From positions 198 through 64,197 of the forward strand of contig JAJEIH010000117.1 of assembly GCA_022827685.1 (NCBI GenBank): DNA of 64,000 nt, in the 5' to 3' direction. This DNA comes from Alphaproteobacteria bacterium (GTDB lineage Bacteria; Pseudomonadota; Alphaproteobacteria; Bin95). A program made the translations under genes and the position numbers. The number at the start of each line of letters is the position of its first letter. Within the stretch, counting starts at the first letter, position 1. Of the stretch, positions 61,765-64,000 are shown one piece after another. The notes beneath the pieces are model-generated. The model had not been told where the DNA came from. It did no database searches and saw only the letters and a list, made by a program, of their open reading frames with translations.

Positions 61765-62814
61765 TCAGTCGAGATAACCGTGTTCCTTCCAGATCGCGTA
61801 TTTGTCGCGGAAGGCCTGGTAGGAAGCGTGGAACTTGGCGAAGATCGGGTCGGCTGCGTTCTCCTCGGCCACGACCTCGTCCCAGGCCTTGGAGAGCTTG
61901 GCGAGATCGTCGTCGCTCCAGCGCACGCTTTCGACGCCCTTTTCCTTAAGCTTCAGCATCGCCTCGAACTGGAAGGCCTCGGAGCGCACGAACGACCAGG
62001 TGATCGACGCATCGCACGCATGGCGAATGATCGCCTGATGCTGGCCGGACAGCGCCTCGAACGCCGACTTCTTCATCAGCAGTTCGCCGATCGACGACTG
62101 CTGGTGCCAGCCCGGGAAGTAGTTGAACTTCGCGATCTGGTAGAAACCGAGGTCGAGGTCGATCGACGGCATGGAGAACTCGGTCGCGTCGATGACGCCG
62201 CGCTCGAGCGCGGGATAGATGTCCGCGCCGGCCAGAAGCTGGGTGGAGACGCCGAGCTTGGTCATCACCTTCGCGCCCAGACCGAAGAAGCGCATCTTCT
62301 TGCCCTTCAGGTCGTCGATCGAGTTCAGCCTGGAGCGGAACCAGCCGGAGGTCTCCGGAGCGATCGCCGCGCAGTGTAGGCCGATCAGGTCATGCTTGGC
62401 ATACAGCTCGTTGTAGAGCTCGTCGCCGCCGCCATAGCCCATCCAGGCCAGCAGTTCGCCGGCGCGCGGGCCGAACGGCACCGCGGTGAAGAAGGAGAGC
62501 GCGGGATATTTGCCGGTGTGGTAGCCGGCGGTGCCCCACATGGCGTCGACAGAGCCCGCCTCGACGGCGTCGAAGCCCTGGAGCGTCGGCACAAGCGCGC
62601 CCGGCTCATAGAACTTGATGGTCAGGTCGCCGGCGGACATGTCCTTGACGATGTCCTCGTAGCGCGCCGCAACCTCGCCGATGATCGAGAGCTTGGACCC
62701 GAAGGCGCTCTGCATTTTCCAGCGCACTTTCTGCGCTTCGGCGTCGCCAGCCGCGCCGAATGCCGCGGCGCCGACAAGTCCGGCTGCGGCTACTGTGAGG
62801 AGTTTCTTGAACAA
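61765..62814 (-). CDS. dctP: TRAP transporter substrate-binding protein (TakP-like)
   Basis: Signal peptide, VRWKMQS, FYEPGALVP, GWFR, KMRFFGLG, LERGVIDATEF, YFPGWHQ; TTG start after GGGAGG. Confidence 0.92.
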   Translation of the reverse strand: MFKKLLTVAAAGLVGAAAFGAAGDAEAQKVRWKMQSAFGSKLSIIGEVAARYEDIVKDMSAGDLTIKFYEPGALVPTLQGFDAVEAGSVDAMWGTAGYHTGKYPALSFFTAVPFGPRAGELLAWMGYGGGDELYNELYAKHDLIGLHCAAIAPETSGWFRSRLNSIDDLKGKKMRFFGLGAKVMTKLGVSTQLLAGADIYPALERGVIDATEFSMPSIDLDLGFYQIAKFNYFPGWHQQSSIGELLMKKSAFEALSGQHQAIIRHACDASITWSFVRSEAFQFEAMLKLKEKGVESVRWSDDDLAKLSKAWDEVVAEENAADPIFAKFHASYQAFRDKYAIWKEHGYLD

Positions 62815-62970
62815 GTGTGTGCCTCCCTGGTGCCAGTCAGTTAAAGCGCCTCCCTTGCGTCTGCGCAGGAGCGCAACGGTGCCTGAATAACAGAAAAAAA
62901 TTCCATGCGCGACTCTGTAGGCGGCGCGTTCCGTCGCAGTCGCATGACCGACCTGCGCGCTCGACCGTCG

Positions 62971-63138
62971 TCAGGCGGCGTGGCGGCCCGCAATGGCCTC
63001 GCGAAACCCGGCCTGCAACACGCCCCGCAAACTCGCCTCCAACTGGGCGCGGTCTTCCTTCGCCGCGCGCTGCCCCTGCCAGATCAGCACGGCCAGACTC
63101 GCGCCAACCGCCAGAATCGCGATCATCTTAGGCGTCAT
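62971..63138 (-). CDS. Small N-terminal TM + helical protein (55 aa), possibly frameshifted; not in the ORF track
   Basis: MTPKMIAILAVGASLAVLIWQGQRAAKEDRAQLEASLRGVLQAGFREAIAGRHAA; another frame continues RLTTVER. Confidence 0.55.
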   Translation of the reverse strand: MTPKMIAILAVGASLAVLIWQGQRAAKEDRAQLEASLRGVLQAGFREAIAGRHAA

Positions 63139-63237
63139 TCACCCATGGCTCCATCGAACCCGCCGCTCATGGCCGACAACGCCGGCATATCGGCGGGAGG
63201 CCGCTGGGCAAGCGCGCTTCTGGCTGCTGCCGCCGGC

Positions 63238-63594
63238 TCAGAGGCGCTCCGCGACATCGGCGCCGGGGTCGCCTGCAGCACGGTAGAAGCCGGGCGGTCC
63301 ACCGGCTTCGGCGAGTTCGACAATTCGGGGCACGAGCGGTTGCAAATTCTGGACATTCAGCCGGCGTGCGACCAGTACGATCACGGGAATCGGTACTGTT
63401 TCCCGGTTCTGCTGATACTCCATGTTCCGGTCCGTCGTGACGAGTGCCTGGAACCCGTGGTCCGCCGCCAGCCGCAACAACTGCCCGTTTCCGATACCCG
63501 CCCAGCCCATTTGCTGAACGGTGCGCGTCTCGAAGCGTTCCGGGAAATACCGACGGAGCGGCGCCGGGATCGATTCGTCAAGCAGCAGCCTCAC
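63238..63594 (-). CDS. DUF5615 PIN-like toxin (VapC45-like)
   Basis: MRLLLDESIP, MGWAGI.NG.LL, LVTTDRN..YQQN. Confidence 0.88.
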   Translation of the reverse strand: MRLLLDESIPAPLRRYFPERFETRTVQQMGWAGIGNGQLLRLAADHGFQALVTTDRNMEYQQNRETVPIPVIVLVARRLNVQNLQPLVPRIVELAEAGGPPGFYRAAGDPGADVAERL

Positions 63595-63802
63595 CCGGTT
63601 CCCCGATCAGCAGGGCTTTGGCTTGTTCGAGCACTTCGACAGCCTGGCTGCGCGAAACCGTCGGGAAGCACTCCAGAAAGACATCGAGGGAAGCCCCGTC
63701 TTCCAGATATTCGATGAGAATCTGCACAGGCACCCTGGTTCCCGCGAATACCGGCGTCCCGCTCATAATGTCGGGGTTCGTCTCGATCGGGCTATCCGCC
63801 AT
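63578..63802 (-). CDS. DUF433 family antitoxin
   Basis: PDIMSGTPVFAGTRVPV..L.EYLEDG.SLD.FLE.FPTV; overlaps the PIN gene. Confidence 0.9.
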   Translation of the reverse strand: MADSPIETNPDIMSGTPVFAGTRVPVQILIEYLEDGASLDVFLECFPTVSRSQAVEVLEQAKALLIGEPGEAAA

Positions 63803-64000
63803 TGCGGCCTCCCTGCACGCGGTTGCGTCTCCACTGCAACAACTTAGGAGACAGTGCCGTATGTGCCAAGGCCAAGAAATTTGCGCTGTGGTGTTTTTTG
63901 GCTCTCGGTTGCCCATTGGTGAGGTCGGTTTGGTCTTGTGTTCGGGCGTTCGGGGCGAGGGCAGCGGCTGATTTTCAGGCGGAAGCGGATTGGCGCAGCC

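Overview
High-GC alphaproteobacterial (Rhodospirillales-like, inferred from gene content and order) chromosomal window. It is mostly housekeeping: mreBCD-mrdA-rodA, pmbA, phasin, gloB, rlmN-argG, ilvB-ilvN-ilvC, map-radC, glyA-nrdR-ribD-ribE-ribB-ribH-nusB-thiL, glpK, hyi and a TRAP transporter. These are interleaved with flavin/VOC catabolic genes, a four-gene glycosyltransferase block, one intact (DUF433/PIN) and one decayed (BrnT/BrnA) toxin-antitoxin locus. No rRNA, tRNA, CRISPR array or transposase gene was recognised. The most striking unexplained signal is intergenic: a ~570-670 bp element without a conserved ORF, present as two full copies (12355-12929 minus, 53716-54381 plus), one 3' end at the window start and one degenerate core at ~34.3 kb. 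Both full copies have a sigma70-like promoter, a covarying 5' hairpin, a conserved GC-rich core and 10-bp-periodic GGAACG and CATGACA repeats. Also seen: a 269-bp TA-flanked MITE-like element, a family of TAGAGC-ended palindromic repeats, four dispersed small TM+coiled-coil ORFs (two missed by the ORF track) and three genes that appear to need ATA/CTG starts. All alignments and start calls were done by eye; no database searches were run.
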